Below the pieces are notes generated by a model that saw nothing but the letters and a program-made list of their open reading frames with translations, was not told where the DNA came from and did no database searches. DNA of 64,000 nt from a virus (taxonomy: Duplodnaviria > Caudoviricetes): IMG/VR virus record IMGVR_UViG_3300014205_000003, positions 1-64,000 of that record, one strand, 5' to 3'. Shown piece after piece: positions 28,094 to 37,798 of the stretch. Position numbers and translations under genes: made by a program. The number at the start of each line of letters is the position of its first letter. Position 1 is the stretch's first letter.

Positions 28094-29947
28094 GTGGGCA
28101 AACGACTAAGTATTCGTCGAGTACCATATGCGCTGACAGCGCCTATCTTCAAGTCTCTTACTCGGATGCTCTATCCGAAGAACGTTGAAGAGACTATGGC
28201 GTGGGCGTCAGAGCTGTGGAAACATCACGGACTCTACGCTCAGGCTATCCGCAAAGCTGTAAGATACTTCATGACAGAAGTAGAGCTTACAGGCAAAGAT
28301 GTAAGCTTCTCAGAACGCAAGTCATATCTTGAAGTCCTCAACGACAAGTTCAATGTTCTTGGGGAAGTAGCCGCTGTAGGCGATGACTGTATAGGTTGGG
28401 GACAGTCCTTCACTTCTACTTATGTTCCCTTTACTCGCACTCTCTCCTGTCCTTGTGGGTGTGACTGGGGGTTTAGAGTTGCCTCTGAACAGATGGGACT
28501 TACTCATGACAAACAAGGATTCACTATCAAGTGTCCTGCTTGTCGTAAGACTACTCGTCCTCAAGTGAAAGACCGTACGTCTGAAGACAGTCGCAAGAAG
28601 ATGATTGTCAACAGATGGCCTCCGCAGTATGTAAAGATTCGGATGAATCCAATTTCTCGCAGGAAGATCTTTGAAGTAGACATCTGGAATTATGACTGGC
28701 TTGCAGATGGTATTCGCAGTGGTGATCCTCTGTATCTTGAGGACACTCCTATGGAATACATCCAAGCTATTATGAATGACCAGTCCATTGAGTTTACTGG
28801 TGATGGTTTCTTCCACATGATTCTTCCTAATCCTGCCGCAATCGAATGCGACTTGAAGGGCTGGGGAGTTCCTCTCTTTATGAACGAGTTTGAAGATGCT
28901 CTGCGTGTGATCATGCTGGATCGTATGAACGAAGCGATCATGACAGACTGCAGTGTACCTTTCAAAGTCCTTGCTCCTCCTACTGCATCAGGTACTGGAA
29001 GCGATCAGGGCGGCTCGATGGATGCTATGTGGGGCATTGGTCTCAATCAGTTTGCTGGTAATGTCAAGGACATGCTCTTGCGTCATCAGACGAATCCTAC
29101 TGGATACAACTTCCTTCCGTTCCCTCTCGAGTATCAGCAGCTTGGCGGTGGCGCTAAGGATATGGTGAACATTGAGATGATGGAACATGAAGAGATGCGT
29201 CTGTTGAGAGCGATGGGAATCCCTACAGAGTTCTATACAGGATCGTTGAACTCTGCTGGGCCTATTATAGGGCTTCGTATGTTCGAGCGAGAATGGCAGT
29301 TCTTTGCGAAAGCTCTCAACGATTGGATTTCTTGGCTGGTTAGACAGCAAGGACAGCTTATGCAGTGGAGTAAGGTTAAGGCCAACTTGATTCCTGTATC
29401 CATGTATGAAGATCCCAATGAGAAGGGTGTCATCATGGAGATGAACAACGCCGGTAAAGTTTCGGATGCTACAGCGTTCCGTCAGCTTCGCCTGAATCCT
29501 GAGTACGAGGCTCAGAGGATTATGGATGAGCAGGACGAGAAGCAGGACTTGCTTGCGAAGCGTCAGGAGAAGATGCAGGCTCAGGCAGAGAACTCGAGCG
29601 CATTGAAGAGTCCTTCAGTGGCGGCTACTGTTCAATCTCAGCAGGCTCCTCAGGGCGGTCAGGGAGCTCCTGCTGGCGGTCCTACTGGACAAGCTCCTGC
29701 GACACCTGGAGCGGCTGGAGCACAGAGCATGAGTCCTCAAGGTGCTACACTTGATCAGATGATGGCTGATGCAGAGAGCAAAGCTCAAGAGCTCATGCAG
29801 ATGGACTCACTGACCAAAAGACGTAGTATGCAGGACTTGAAGCACAACAACGAGACTATGTACAATCAAGTCAAGGGCTTTTTGGACAAGATGGAGAATG
29901 ACGCAAAGATGCAGGGTCTTCAACAGGCTCGTCAGCCTCAGCAATAA
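28094..29947 (+). CDS. Probable portal protein with Zn-ribbon insertion
   Basis: 617 aa, largely helical, CPCG..CPAC insert, Q/A/G-rich tail, upstream of head-associated genes; inferred from context. Confidence 0.55.
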   Translation: MGKRLSIRRVPYALTAPIFKSLTRMLYPKNVEETMAWASELWKHHGLYAQAIRKAVRYFMTEVELTGKDVSFSERKSYLEVLNDKFNVLGEVAAVGDDCIGWGQSFTSTYVPFTRTLSCPCGCDWGFRVASEQMGLTHDKQGFTIKCPACRKTTRPQVKDRTSEDSRKKMIVNRWPPQYVKIRMNPISRRKIFEVDIWNYDWLADGIRSGDPLYLEDTPMEYIQAIMNDQSIEFTGDGFFHMILPNPAAIECDLKGWGVPLFMNEFEDALRVIMLDRMNEAIMTDCSVPFKVLAPPTASGTGSDQGGSMDAMWGIGLNQFAGNVKDMLLRHQTNPTGYNFLPFPLEYQQLGGGAKDMVNIEMMEHEEMRLLRAMGIPTEFYTGSLNSAGPIIGLRMFEREWQFFAKALNDWISWLVRQQGQLMQWSKVKANLIPVSMYEDPNEKGVIMEMNNAGKVSDATAFRQLRLNPEYEAQRIMDEQDEKQDLLAKRQEKMQAQAENSSALKSPSVAATVQSQQAPQGGQGAPAGGPTGQAPATPGAAGAQSMSPQGATLDQMMADAESKAQELMQMDSLTKRRSMQDLKHNNETMYNQVKGFLDKMENDAKMQGLQQARQPQQ

Positions 29948-29966
29948 GTCAAGGAGTTTTAGATAT

Positions 29967-30257
29967 ATGAATAAACTTGCTGTTACCTTAGTAGAGCTGG
30001 GACTGGTTGGAGCGCCTCTTACAGCGGTTGCAGGAGCTGGTGGTTATTTGCTCGGTAAGAACAAGAAAGATCCTAGCCTAGGGAAAGCGATAGGCGGTTC
30101 TACCTTGGCAACAGCAGGTGTTCTTCCTGCTGCAGGTCTTGCAGGGATGATGGCGCATCCTGTAGGTTCTCCTTTGACTGTCGGGGTTCCTTTAATGGCA
30201 GCTGTAGCGTCTTATCTGGTGGCGAAGAAGAGAACTCCTGATACCAGAAAGAAGTAA
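29967..30257 (+). CDS. Gly-zipper membrane protein starting MNKLA
   Basis: AAGGAG RBS; hydrophobic Gly/Ala helices. Confidence 0.55.
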   Translation: MNKLAVTLVELGLVGAPLTAVAGAGGYLLGKNKKDPSLGKAIGGSTLATAGVLPAAGLAGMMAHPVGSPLTVGVPLMAAVASYLVAKKRTPDTRKK

Positions 30258-30258
30258 G

Positions 30259-30284
30259 AAAAAACGCACAGATGTGCACTTTTC
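30259..30284. repeat. Dispersed palindrome, copy 6
   Basis: AAAAAACGCACAGATGTGCACTTTTC after a stop codon. Confidence 0.9.
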
Positions 30285-30314
30285 ATAGGTAGTTAAGAAC
30301 AAAGGATCACACAG

Positions 30315-30878
30315 ATGAACAAGTTCCAAGCAATGACATATCTTGAAGGATACCTGTCAAAAGAAGCTGTTCGTGGAGATCAGCTTGAAATACTGAAAAA
30401 GAGGTTGGAGAATACCCAGCGAGCTTTTGAAGATCCTGCAGCAGTGGAGACAATTTCTGGCTCAAAAGTAAAAAGGGACCTCGATACTGTCGCACAAAGG
30501 TTACAGCAAGCTTTGAATTCAAAACGTGCAGTACGTATGACTGATTACACAGAAGCTCCATATCTGAAGTTGCCGTCCTTAAATGAGTCGGGGTTAGCTC
30601 GCACTACCGAGCTTTATGATCCTGCTTCCAAGCACATACTAAACAGGAACTCAATGGACGCGCACGGCTATAGTCTTAGGGAGTTGGCCAAAAGTATGCG
30701 CGTAGCAAAGAAAGATGTGTCGTCAGCAAACAAGGAATTGCCCTCGCTGGTTCGTAAGGGGGAAACTATACTCAAAAACAAAGCAAAGGCACAGGGAGCA
30801 TCCGTGCGAAATATTGCTAAGCCCATATCTAAAGGCCTTGTAGACTTTTTGCAAAGCGTCTTAAAGCGTGTGAAATAA
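30315..30878 (+). CDS. Leader-family protein
   Basis: MNKFQAMTYLEGYLSKEA. Confidence 0.65.
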   Translation: MNKFQAMTYLEGYLSKEAVRGDQLEILKKRLENTQRAFEDPAAVETISGSKVKRDLDTVAQRLQQALNSKRAVRMTDYTEAPYLKLPSLNESGLARTTELYDPASKHILNRNSMDAHGYSLRELAKSMRVAKKDVSSANKELPSLVRKGETILKNKAKAQGASVRNIAKPISKGLVDFLQSVLKRVK

Positions 30879-30897
30879 TCTTAAAGGAATTAGAGAC

Positions 30898-31245
30898 ATG
30901 CAGAACAAACAACAGCTCGAGGCTTTCTACACAGGGTACGTTCAGAAGACTGCTATGAATATCCCTCCTGTGGTAGGGGATGCGGCTAAATTTGCAGGAG
31001 CGGCAGCTCAGTCTACAGGGTCGGAACTTTTGCGGAAACTGAAATCGGTAGTCCCGTTTCTAAAAAAGGTTCAGGAAGACGCTGGTTTAACAGGTGACGA
31101 TTTTAAGATGGTCGGTAGAGTGTTGAACAAAACAAAACCGTCTATTGCAGTCGGTGCCGCCGCTGGTTTACCCGTAGGAGCTGCTTTAGGTTCAGCTCTT
31201 AAGAAAGACGAGAAGCCTGTGGATCTTGCTACTGCGAAGGTGTAA
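30898..31245 (+). CDS. Leader-family protein
   Basis: MQNKQQLEAFYTGYVQKTA. Confidence 0.65.
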   Translation: MQNKQQLEAFYTGYVQKTAMNIPPVVGDAAKFAGAAAQSTGSELLRKLKSVVPFLKKVQEDAGLTGDDFKMVGRVLNKTKPSIAVGAAAGLPVGAALGSALKKDEKPVDLATAKV

Positions 31246-31247
31246 TT

Positions 31248-31526
31248 ATGCCTTCCACACTTGATTCAATCAAGGCATGGGCCGCGAACAGCGCTCTGGG
31301 CCAAAATTATTTGCAGAGGAAGTTCTCCACTGCCCTAGAGACTGGAGAGCTTCCTGAGGGTTCTGGAGAGTCCTTGAAAGATCCTCGCATGCGCGAAGCG
31401 ATCCTCAAGGCTTTCCACACGTTCAGCTCTACTCCTGAGAATCAGAAGAAGATTGCAGAAGCGCTTCCTAGGATTCTGCAGAAGAAGTTCAGCAAGATGT
31501 TTCCTAGCGGAGACGTAAATGCCTGA
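31248..31526 (+). CDS. Hypothetical protein
   Basis: ORF packing, AAGGTG RBS. Confidence 0.5.
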   Translation: MPSTLDSIKAWAANSALGQNYLQRKFSTALETGELPEGSGESLKDPRMREAILKAFHTFSSTPENQKKIAEALPRILQKKFSKMFPSGDVNA

Positions 31527-32295
31527 CCCCTTCCAATTGACGCGCAAGTACCAAGAATCTGTAGGCAACGATCCGAGGAGAGATATTCCTTTCCTTGCAG
31601 GAGCTGCGGGGCTTGGTACGTATGCTTTGGCTAAACCTCTCGTCAGTGCTCTGGTAAGTGCTGCAGGTACTGCTGGTGGTCCACAGATGCAACAAGGCAT
31701 CCAAGACTACTTAGCTCCTGGTGGTGACGTAGAGAAGACTCGACGTCGCTTAACCATTATGGCAGCTCTTGCCGCTGCTGCTTATGGTGTATACAAGCAC
31801 GGGGACACTCGTGGTGGTTGGCAAGGCATGAAGGCAAGTCTTACAGATCCTGACTACTGGAAGAAGAATCCTCAGCGTGTTGAAGCATACAAGACAAAGG
31901 TTCCTCCGACACTTGCGGAGCAGGAAGCAGATGCTGTCAGTATGACGAAGACTGCTTATGGCCTTGATGAAGGCTTCAACAAGAATCCCTACTTCCGTGA
32001 GAACATTCCTGTAGGAGCTTCGATCAATCTTATTAGGAACGATCCTATTCTCTTTCAGAGTTCTAGGAACAAGGTAAGTTCTTTGCTTACTAGCAGTGCG
32101 TCTGGCACACATACAAGCAGTTTCAACTTGACTAATGCTGCTGTGAATGCTGGAGTGGACTTCGGAGCGGCTTATTTGTTTGGACAGGGTGTTGGAAAGA
32201 TCTTGGCTATTCCTCAGCCAGTTGTGAATCGTGTAAGTATGGCTGGAGGACTTGCCGCTGCTGTAATCGGATCTGGAGTGCTTAAACAGCTATGA
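31519..32295 (+). CDS. Gly/Ala-rich membrane-type protein with internal MTKTA
   Basis: Several hydrophobic helices. Confidence 0.6.
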   Translation: MPDPFQLTRKYQESVGNDPRRDIPFLAGAAGLGTYALAKPLVSALVSAAGTAGGPQMQQGIQDYLAPGGDVEKTRRRLTIMAALAAAAYGVYKHGDTRGGWQGMKASLTDPDYWKKNPQRVEAYKTKVPPTLAEQEADAVSMTKTAYGLDEGFNKNPYFRENIPVGASINLIRNDPILFQSSRNKVSSLLTSSASGTHTSSFNLTNAAVNAGVDFGAAYLFGQGVGKILAIPQPVVNRVSMAGGLAAAVIGSGVLKQL

Positions 32296-32840
32296 GTATT
32301 TTAGACGAATCTGTTAGGTCTAATATTCAGAACATCAAGAAGTTGTTGGCTGCTATAGAGCGCGAGACACCTTCGATGTCACATCTTGCTGCAGATAGAT
32401 CGAGAGCTACTGGTTATAATCCTAGAGAGGTACTCAAGAAGATCTTTCCAGATTACGAAACTACATTAAGTAAGAACTCTAAGGATGTTTCCAATATGCC
32501 CACTAAACAAGCTTCTAAAGCTTACTTCAACGGATACATGTTTAAGAACGCTGGTTGGGGCGAAGCTCTTGGCGGCATCTTGGACAAGGCCACTGGAAGT
32601 GCCTTAGCTCTTGGACAGAACACAGCTCTATTGGCTCCTGCGGCTGCTGGCTTGCTTGGTGGAGCGGCTGTAAGTAAGTTGACTTCTCCTTCTGGTGAGG
32701 CAACTGTTGCTCAGAAGGCTTTGATTGCAGCTGAGTTGGAAGAAGCTGTTGCAGAGATGAAGCGTCAGCGTAAAATTGAAACCATTAAAGAGGTCATGCG
32801 AGATGGACAAGGATACAAAGGTAGAAGTCTCCACATCTAA
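32292..32840 (+). CDS. Protein with internal leader motif and Gly zipper
   Basis: MPTKQASKAYFNGYMFKNA at 32496. Confidence 0.6.
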   Translation: MSILDESVRSNIQNIKKLLAAIERETPSMSHLAADRSRATGYNPREVLKKIFPDYETTLSKNSKDVSNMPTKQASKAYFNGYMFKNAGWGEALGGILDKATGSALALGQNTALLAPAAAGLLGGAAVSKLTSPSGEATVAQKALIAAELEEAVAEMKRQRKIETIKEVMRDGQGYKGRSLHI

Positions 32841-33147
32841 GGAACCTAAAGAACCTTCGTGGCAAGGATTGCCTTTCAGAGGACAGATTCCTCACATTAA
32901 GAAGGACGATCCTGAGCACATGCTTCCAGTAAAAGACTGGGACATCTTTGTTGAGATCTTCGACATAACTAATGCTGAACAGAAGGCTAAGTACATTGAG
33001 GTCTGCAACAAAGCTGTTAAAGGACAAGCTCAGTGTTTTATTGAGAAGTACTTGGATGTGAAGGACACGGTTAAGATCTATCTGAAGTGGGGAGAACCCT
33101 ACTACAGGAATCGTACTAAGACAGAGAAGTCGAGGATGCTATCCTGA
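32803..33147 (+). CDS. Hypothetical protein
   Basis: GAGG RBS, ATG 32803. Confidence 0.55.
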   Translation: MDKDTKVEVSTSKEPKEPSWQGLPFRGQIPHIKKDDPEHMLPVKDWDIFVEIFDITNAEQKAKYIEVCNKAVKGQAQCFIEKYLDVKDTVKIYLKWGEPYYRNRTKTEKSRMLS

Positions 33148-34019
33148 TGTCTAAAGACTCAAAGACACGCAATGAACAACTTGCTGTAGCTGCACGACAC
33201 GCTGCAGGTATCGGAGCAGGTTGGTTTACTCTTACTCTCCTTGCTCGTCAGCTGATGGATGCTGCGGGTAAGGCAGAGTCAGACGACTACAACAAAACCC
33301 TCAAGAGCCTTGTCAATGCTCGTCGTCCTACCTTCTCTCCTGACTTGAAACTCAACGATCAAGCCAAAGAAGATGCTATGGCGAACTTAGGCTCTACTGA
33401 AGAGACGTCTAAGGACATCAGTGCTCTGTTGAGCAAACGTGCTTCCGATGACAATGAGAAGGACTCTGGGATTGGTCGTAAGATTATGGACAAGTTCATC
33501 AATCCAGTTCCAGTAGGTCCTGGACCAGTTACTCCCGGAAGTGTTGCAGGAGCCTTTGGTAATACTGGAATACATCCTTTGCACATTGCCTTGACACTTG
33601 CCGCAGGTATTGCTGGTACAGCAGGTGGAATGGCACTCAGCAAGAAGCTGTCAAACAAGTCTAAAGAACGTGAACTGGACGAACGGATTCGCGTCAGTAA
33701 GCAAGAGATGGATCAATTGATTGCTGAAGAGTATCGTCGTACTCGCGGATTGGACAAGACTGCTAAGGACAATGACACGTTTCTTGAGAAGGGTTTGAGT
33801 GGAGCTACAAAGCTCTATCTGCTGTATGCGGCTGGAGTAGCCGCTTTGAGCTATGGCATCAGCAAGAAATATCTTGACGAGAACGATCCTAACAGGGCTC
33901 GCTTGAGTGCCTTGAAAGACTTAGCTAAGGATCGTGCTCGCATGAGTGGTGCTCCGCAGATCATGGTAGATCCTACAGATCCTACTTATAGTAAGCTTTC
34001 ACAACCAGCACAGGGATAA
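33147..34019 (+). CDS. Three-TM protein segmented by KRA and KTA motifs
   Basis: LLSKRAS and GLDKTAK lie between hydrophobic helices. Confidence 0.6.
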   Translation: MSKDSKTRNEQLAVAARHAAGIGAGWFTLTLLARQLMDAAGKAESDDYNKTLKSLVNARRPTFSPDLKLNDQAKEDAMANLGSTEETSKDISALLSKRASDDNEKDSGIGRKIMDKFINPVPVGPGPVTPGSVAGAFGNTGIHPLHIALTLAAGIAGTAGGMALSKKLSNKSKERELDERIRVSKQEMDQLIAEEYRRTRGLDKTAKDNDTFLEKGLSGATKLYLLYAAGVAALSYGISKKYLDENDPNRARLSALKDLAKDRARMSGAPQIMVDPTDPTYSKLSQPAQG

Positions 34020-34024
34020 TTAAC

Positions 34025-34339
34025 ATGTCTAACGTAAAATTGCAGGCCTTTTACACAGGATATATGGAGAAACGTGCAGAGTTTCCTCCAGAAGCAAATG
34101 ACATTACTGGTGGGAAGATTAACCAGCTCCCAGAAGTGAAGAAAGCTACTTTAGAAGTTGTTAAGCCTGTTGCGGCGAAAGCACCCGCAACCTTTGTTGA
34201 TCCTGCTCCTAAGATGTCAGCAAATGCTCAACAGGTAGCTAACGAGACTATGCAGGATGCTGAGCGTATCAAAAAGAAACAAGCAACAGTTCCTGCACAG
34301 ACAGTAAAACGTGTGTCTTCGACTCCTAAGGACAAGTAA
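34025..34339 (+). CDS. Leader-family protein
   Basis: MSNVKLQAFYTGYMEKRA. Confidence 0.65.
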   Translation: MSNVKLQAFYTGYMEKRAEFPPEANDITGGKINQLPEVKKATLEVVKPVAAKAPATFVDPAPKMSANAQQVANETMQDAERIKKKQATVPAQTVKRVSSTPKDK

Positions 34340-34340
34340 C

Positions 34341-34898
34341 ATGGCTACCTTGGCAATTCAAGCATTCTTCGAAGGTTACATGACCAAGCAAGCTTCTCCA
34401 CTTGAGGGAGATGCTCCTACAGCTGGGACTGGCGGTGCTGGTCCTTCTCAGGAAGCTACTGGAGCTCTTGGAAGTGCTGTCGGCCAACCTGCAGGTGCTC
34501 AGCCTACGGCAGATGCTCAGCAAGGCCCTTCGAATGTTGCTCCTGATGCTTCTGCTGGAGCGGCTCCTGAGCAGGCTTCTGTGGGTGTTCAAGAGGCCCC
34601 TGCAGCCTTCAACAGTCCTATGCAGAAAGAGATGGCAGAGCGCGAGAAGAATAAGAAGAAGAATGCGGAAGCTGTTGCCAAGACTACTGAGAAAGTCCGT
34701 GGTGACATTCAGAAGCATGAGCAGAAGGCTCAAGAAGCTGTTCAGGAAGTTAAGGTTTCTCAGGTTAAAGGTAATTCTGAGATTCAGAAGGCTAACGCTG
34801 TTGCTCAAGTGTCCGCTCAGCAAGACAACCAGCTTGCAAAACAGCTTCAGCAGATGATGCCGAGAGCTATGCAACAGCAACCTCAGCAAGTCGCGTAA
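34341..34898 (+). CDS. Leader-family protein (A/Q/P-rich)
   Basis: MATLAIQAFFEGYMTKQA. Confidence 0.65.
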   Translation: MATLAIQAFFEGYMTKQASPLEGDAPTAGTGGAGPSQEATGALGSAVGQPAGAQPTADAQQGPSNVAPDASAGAAPEQASVGVQEAPAAFNSPMQKEMAEREKNKKKNAEAVAKTTEKVRGDIQKHEQKAQEAVQEVKVSQVKGNSEIQKANAVAQVSAQQDNQLAKQLQQMMPRAMQQQPQQVA

Positions 34899-34913
34899 TA
34901 AGGAACACATAAG

Positions 34914-35144
34914 ATGAATATCCAACTACAAGCCTTTTATGCCGGATACATGAATAAGGATGCCAACTCAACTACAGAGAGTCCTACTGTGGATACTCCT
35001 GTAGCCAAGGTTGATCCTGTAGATCCTTCTGCAGAAAAGGGAATGGCAATCTCTACTAATTCTACTCCTACAGGGTTTGGTAAGGTGTTGAAGCAGAACA
35101 AGTCGATTTCTGTTCCTGAGAACAAGACTTCTGGAAACACCTAA
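34914..35144 (+). CDS. Leader-family protein
   Basis: MNIQLQAFYAGYMNKDA. Confidence 0.65.
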   Translation: MNIQLQAFYAGYMNKDANSTTESPTVDTPVAKVDPVDPSAEKGMAISTNSTPTGFGKVLKQNKSISVPENKTSGNT

Positions 35145-35353
35145 TGGATAAGCTGGCAGCATTCTTTGCAGGATACATGCACAAGTGTGCGGCTCTTCCA
35201 GCTGTGTTGCCGCCTTCTCCAATAACTGCTGATCCTGCGACAACCTACAAGACTCCTAGGACTAAGGGAACTCCTCAGCCAGGACAAGTTGTACAGAACA
35301 GTCCACTTCCTACGACTCCTTCAAATGTTATTCAGGAAGGTCCTTCGAAATGA
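35144..35353 (+). CDS. Leader-family protein
   Basis: MDKLAAFFAGYMHKCA. Confidence 0.65.
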   Translation: MDKLAAFFAGYMHKCAALPAVLPPSPITADPATTYKTPRTKGTPQPGQVVQNSPLPTTPSNVIQEGPSK

Positions 35354-36327
35354 CAAAGCTTCAGACTCTTATTTATCTTCAAGGCTACCTGAGCAAGGAA
35401 GCTTTCGACTTCAATCCTTTTGGCGATCGCAAGGGGCGTGCACAAGATGCTAAGGCAAATGCTCGTACTGCTAAGATCAATGCAGCTGAAGCTAAGTCGA
35501 ATCGTCAGAGCTACTTGACTGCTAATGATCTAGGGCTTCAAGATGCTTTAGCTAATCGTGCAACAAATAAAGGTGTGTATGGTCAGATGACTGCAGCGGC
35601 AAATGCTAAAGCTGCTCAGACGCCTGCACCGACTCCTGCTGCTTCTCCAGAGCCTATGCAAGATCCTGCGATTACTCGAGCACAGCAAGTAGCTGCCGCT
35701 AAGAAGATGTCTCCCTATATGCGCGGAAGCACAATGCCTCGGGCTCAACAGCTTAATCAAGCTGCTCCAACTGTTGCACAAGCAACTCCTACAGCTACTC
35801 CTAAGACTGTTGTTGATCCTAATCCGATGAATACAGGAAATGTAGGCGAGAAGCAACGCACAGCACTTTTACAAGAAGAACAACCAAACATGAATCGGTT
35901 AGCTATTCAAACAAAAGCACCTGCAATGCCTCAGTATCCTAGGAAAAATGTTGTTCCTACCTCGCCTAGACCTACGAGAGCTCAAGCGGCGGCACTGAAG
36001 GGTGAGGTAGCTAGTATTAAAGCAGCGCAGACAGCCCAAACACAACAACCTGCAGCAACTCCTTCGTTTAGACCTGTTGCAGCTGTTCCCCAAGGACGTG
36101 CGGCGTATACAGCAAGTAACAAAGATGATATGGGTCAAATTAGAGCAGGTACTGCTACAATGAATCCCGAATGGCTAAAAAGACCGTCTGGGGATTTTTC
36201 AAATAGTCAAAAGCGTCGAGATCTGATTAGAAATCAGCTGGTTGCTTTGCAAAGAGGGAAACGGACTCCAGATATTAACCAAGTTGCAAAAAATACGGGT
36301 GTTAACCTGCTTCTTCCGGCACTATAA
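35350..36327 (+). CDS. Leader-family protein (basic, A/P/Q-rich)
   Basis: MTKLQTLIYLQGYLSKEA. Confidence 0.65.
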   Translation: MTKLQTLIYLQGYLSKEAFDFNPFGDRKGRAQDAKANARTAKINAAEAKSNRQSYLTANDLGLQDALANRATNKGVYGQMTAAANAKAAQTPAPTPAASPEPMQDPAITRAQQVAAAKKMSPYMRGSTMPRAQQLNQAAPTVAQATPTATPKTVVDPNPMNTGNVGEKQRTALLQEEQPNMNRLAIQTKAPAMPQYPRKNVVPTSPRPTRAQAAALKGEVASIKAAQTAQTQQPAATPSFRPVAAVPQGRAAYTASNKDDMGQIRAGTATMNPEWLKRPSGDFSNSQKRRDLIRNQLVALQRGKRTPDINQVAKNTGVNLLLPAL

Positions 36328-37271
36328 TGACATCTCTCTCACATCTCCTAGAGAAAGACGCAGCTCCTGTTGCGGGTCGAGGTCCATTGAAGACCGTCCT
36401 GCGACAAGCTGTTGATCATCCAGACAATCACGCTGTCTCTGAAGACCAGTTGATTGACCTGCATGACTATCCACGCCATCGCCAAGACATCTTCGACAAA
36501 ACCCTCAAAGGTGTCGAAGCCGCCTTCCCAAAAGCCAATACTAAACATACGTTGACAGTAACTGATCTGCACTACGATGGTCCTGATCACTACTCCAAAG
36601 AAGACTACAAGAACGCGATTCTTGAACGACGTTCGATGACTCGCAAGCTTGTAGGAAAGTACGTCCTTACAGACAACGCAACAGGTAAAGTGATTTCGAC
36701 TAGTGGTCGTAAAACCATAATGAACGTTCCTTACTTGACAGATCAAGGGACGTTTTTGCGTAACGGCACAGAATCTGTGATACCTAGGCAGCTTAGGCTT
36801 CAACCAGGAGTCTATACGCATATGACTTCTGATGGATATCCAGAAGCACAGTTCAACGTAAAGCCCGGAACGGGAAGTGGCTTTCGTACTTATCTAGATC
36901 CTGAGACGTCTGTCTTCTATATGACTACACGCGGACGCAAAATTCCCCTTTATCCCCTGATGCAAGCCCTAGGAGTCGATGACAGATCTTTGCAGGCTAC
37001 TTGGGGAGATGAGATCTTCAAGGCCAATCAGGAGATGCGTACGAGTTCTCATGCTGCTCGCTGGCTGAACGAAATGAATACTAAGCTTGCTCCGAAGGTT
37101 GTAGATGTTCCTGAAGTGGAAGAACAGGATGTGAATCCTGGCGACGAAGAACTGCCTACTTCCAATTATCAGGAGACACCTGACGATGAACTCACAGATC
37201 TTACAGTTGGAGAAGCTGATCGATTACCTTCTACCGTTTCTGGAGATCAAGGAATCCTCGAACAACCCTAA
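36327..37271 (+). CDS. RNA polymerase beta subunit, N-terminal fragment
   Basis: [31 protein letters not shown] aligns with RpoB IPLMT..[34 protein letters not shown]. Confidence 0.85.
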   Translation: [314 protein letters not shown]

Positions 37272-37587
37272 AGCTGTTGGAGACAACGGCAAGGCTCGAG
37301 GAATCCTTCAGATACATCAGATCTTTGTTGACGACGTCAATCGAATATATGAAAGCAACTTCACTTGGGATGACTGCTGGAGCAAGAGTCTCTCCGAGCA
37401 AATAGTTAAGCTGTATCTTGTCCATTATGGTCAACGCTATATGGACAAGGAGAAGCAAGACTTAACGATCGACGTACTCGCTAGACTACATCAGGGTGGA
37501 CCAGATGGATATAAGCACACTTCTACAGTTCCTTACTGGCACGCAGTCAATCAAATCATTCGACATTCAGAAATAACGAACATGTAA
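37186..37587 (+). CDS. Invertebrate-type lysozyme/destabilase-like muramidase
   Basis: KESS, GILQIH..FVDD and ARLHQGGPDG. Confidence 0.7.
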   Translation: MNSQILQLEKLIDYLLPFLEIKESSNNPKAVGDNGKARGILQIHQIFVDDVNRIYESNFTWDDCWSKSLSEQIVKLYLVHYGQRYMDKEKQDLTIDVLARLHQGGPDGYKHTSTVPYWHAVNQIIRHSEITNM

Positions 37588-37614
37588 AAGTGCACATCTG
37601 TGCGTTTTCTGGAG
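37586..37614. repeat. Dispersed palindrome, copy 7
   Basis: AAAAGTGCACATCTGTGCGTTTTCTGGAG. Confidence 0.9.
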
Positions 37615-37798
37615 GATGCGTGTCACAGCTCTGGCAGAAAGCTCAAGTATACGAAGCACATGCTCATGGTGACGCAGAGATCGCAAGAATTATAGTGATT
37701 AATCGACAGTACGGTTTAGAGACGTTCAGTTGGGAAGTTTTGTTGAAGAGATATCAAGAGAGTCTTGTCACCTTGTTGCAGGGGCAGTGTAAGAACTA

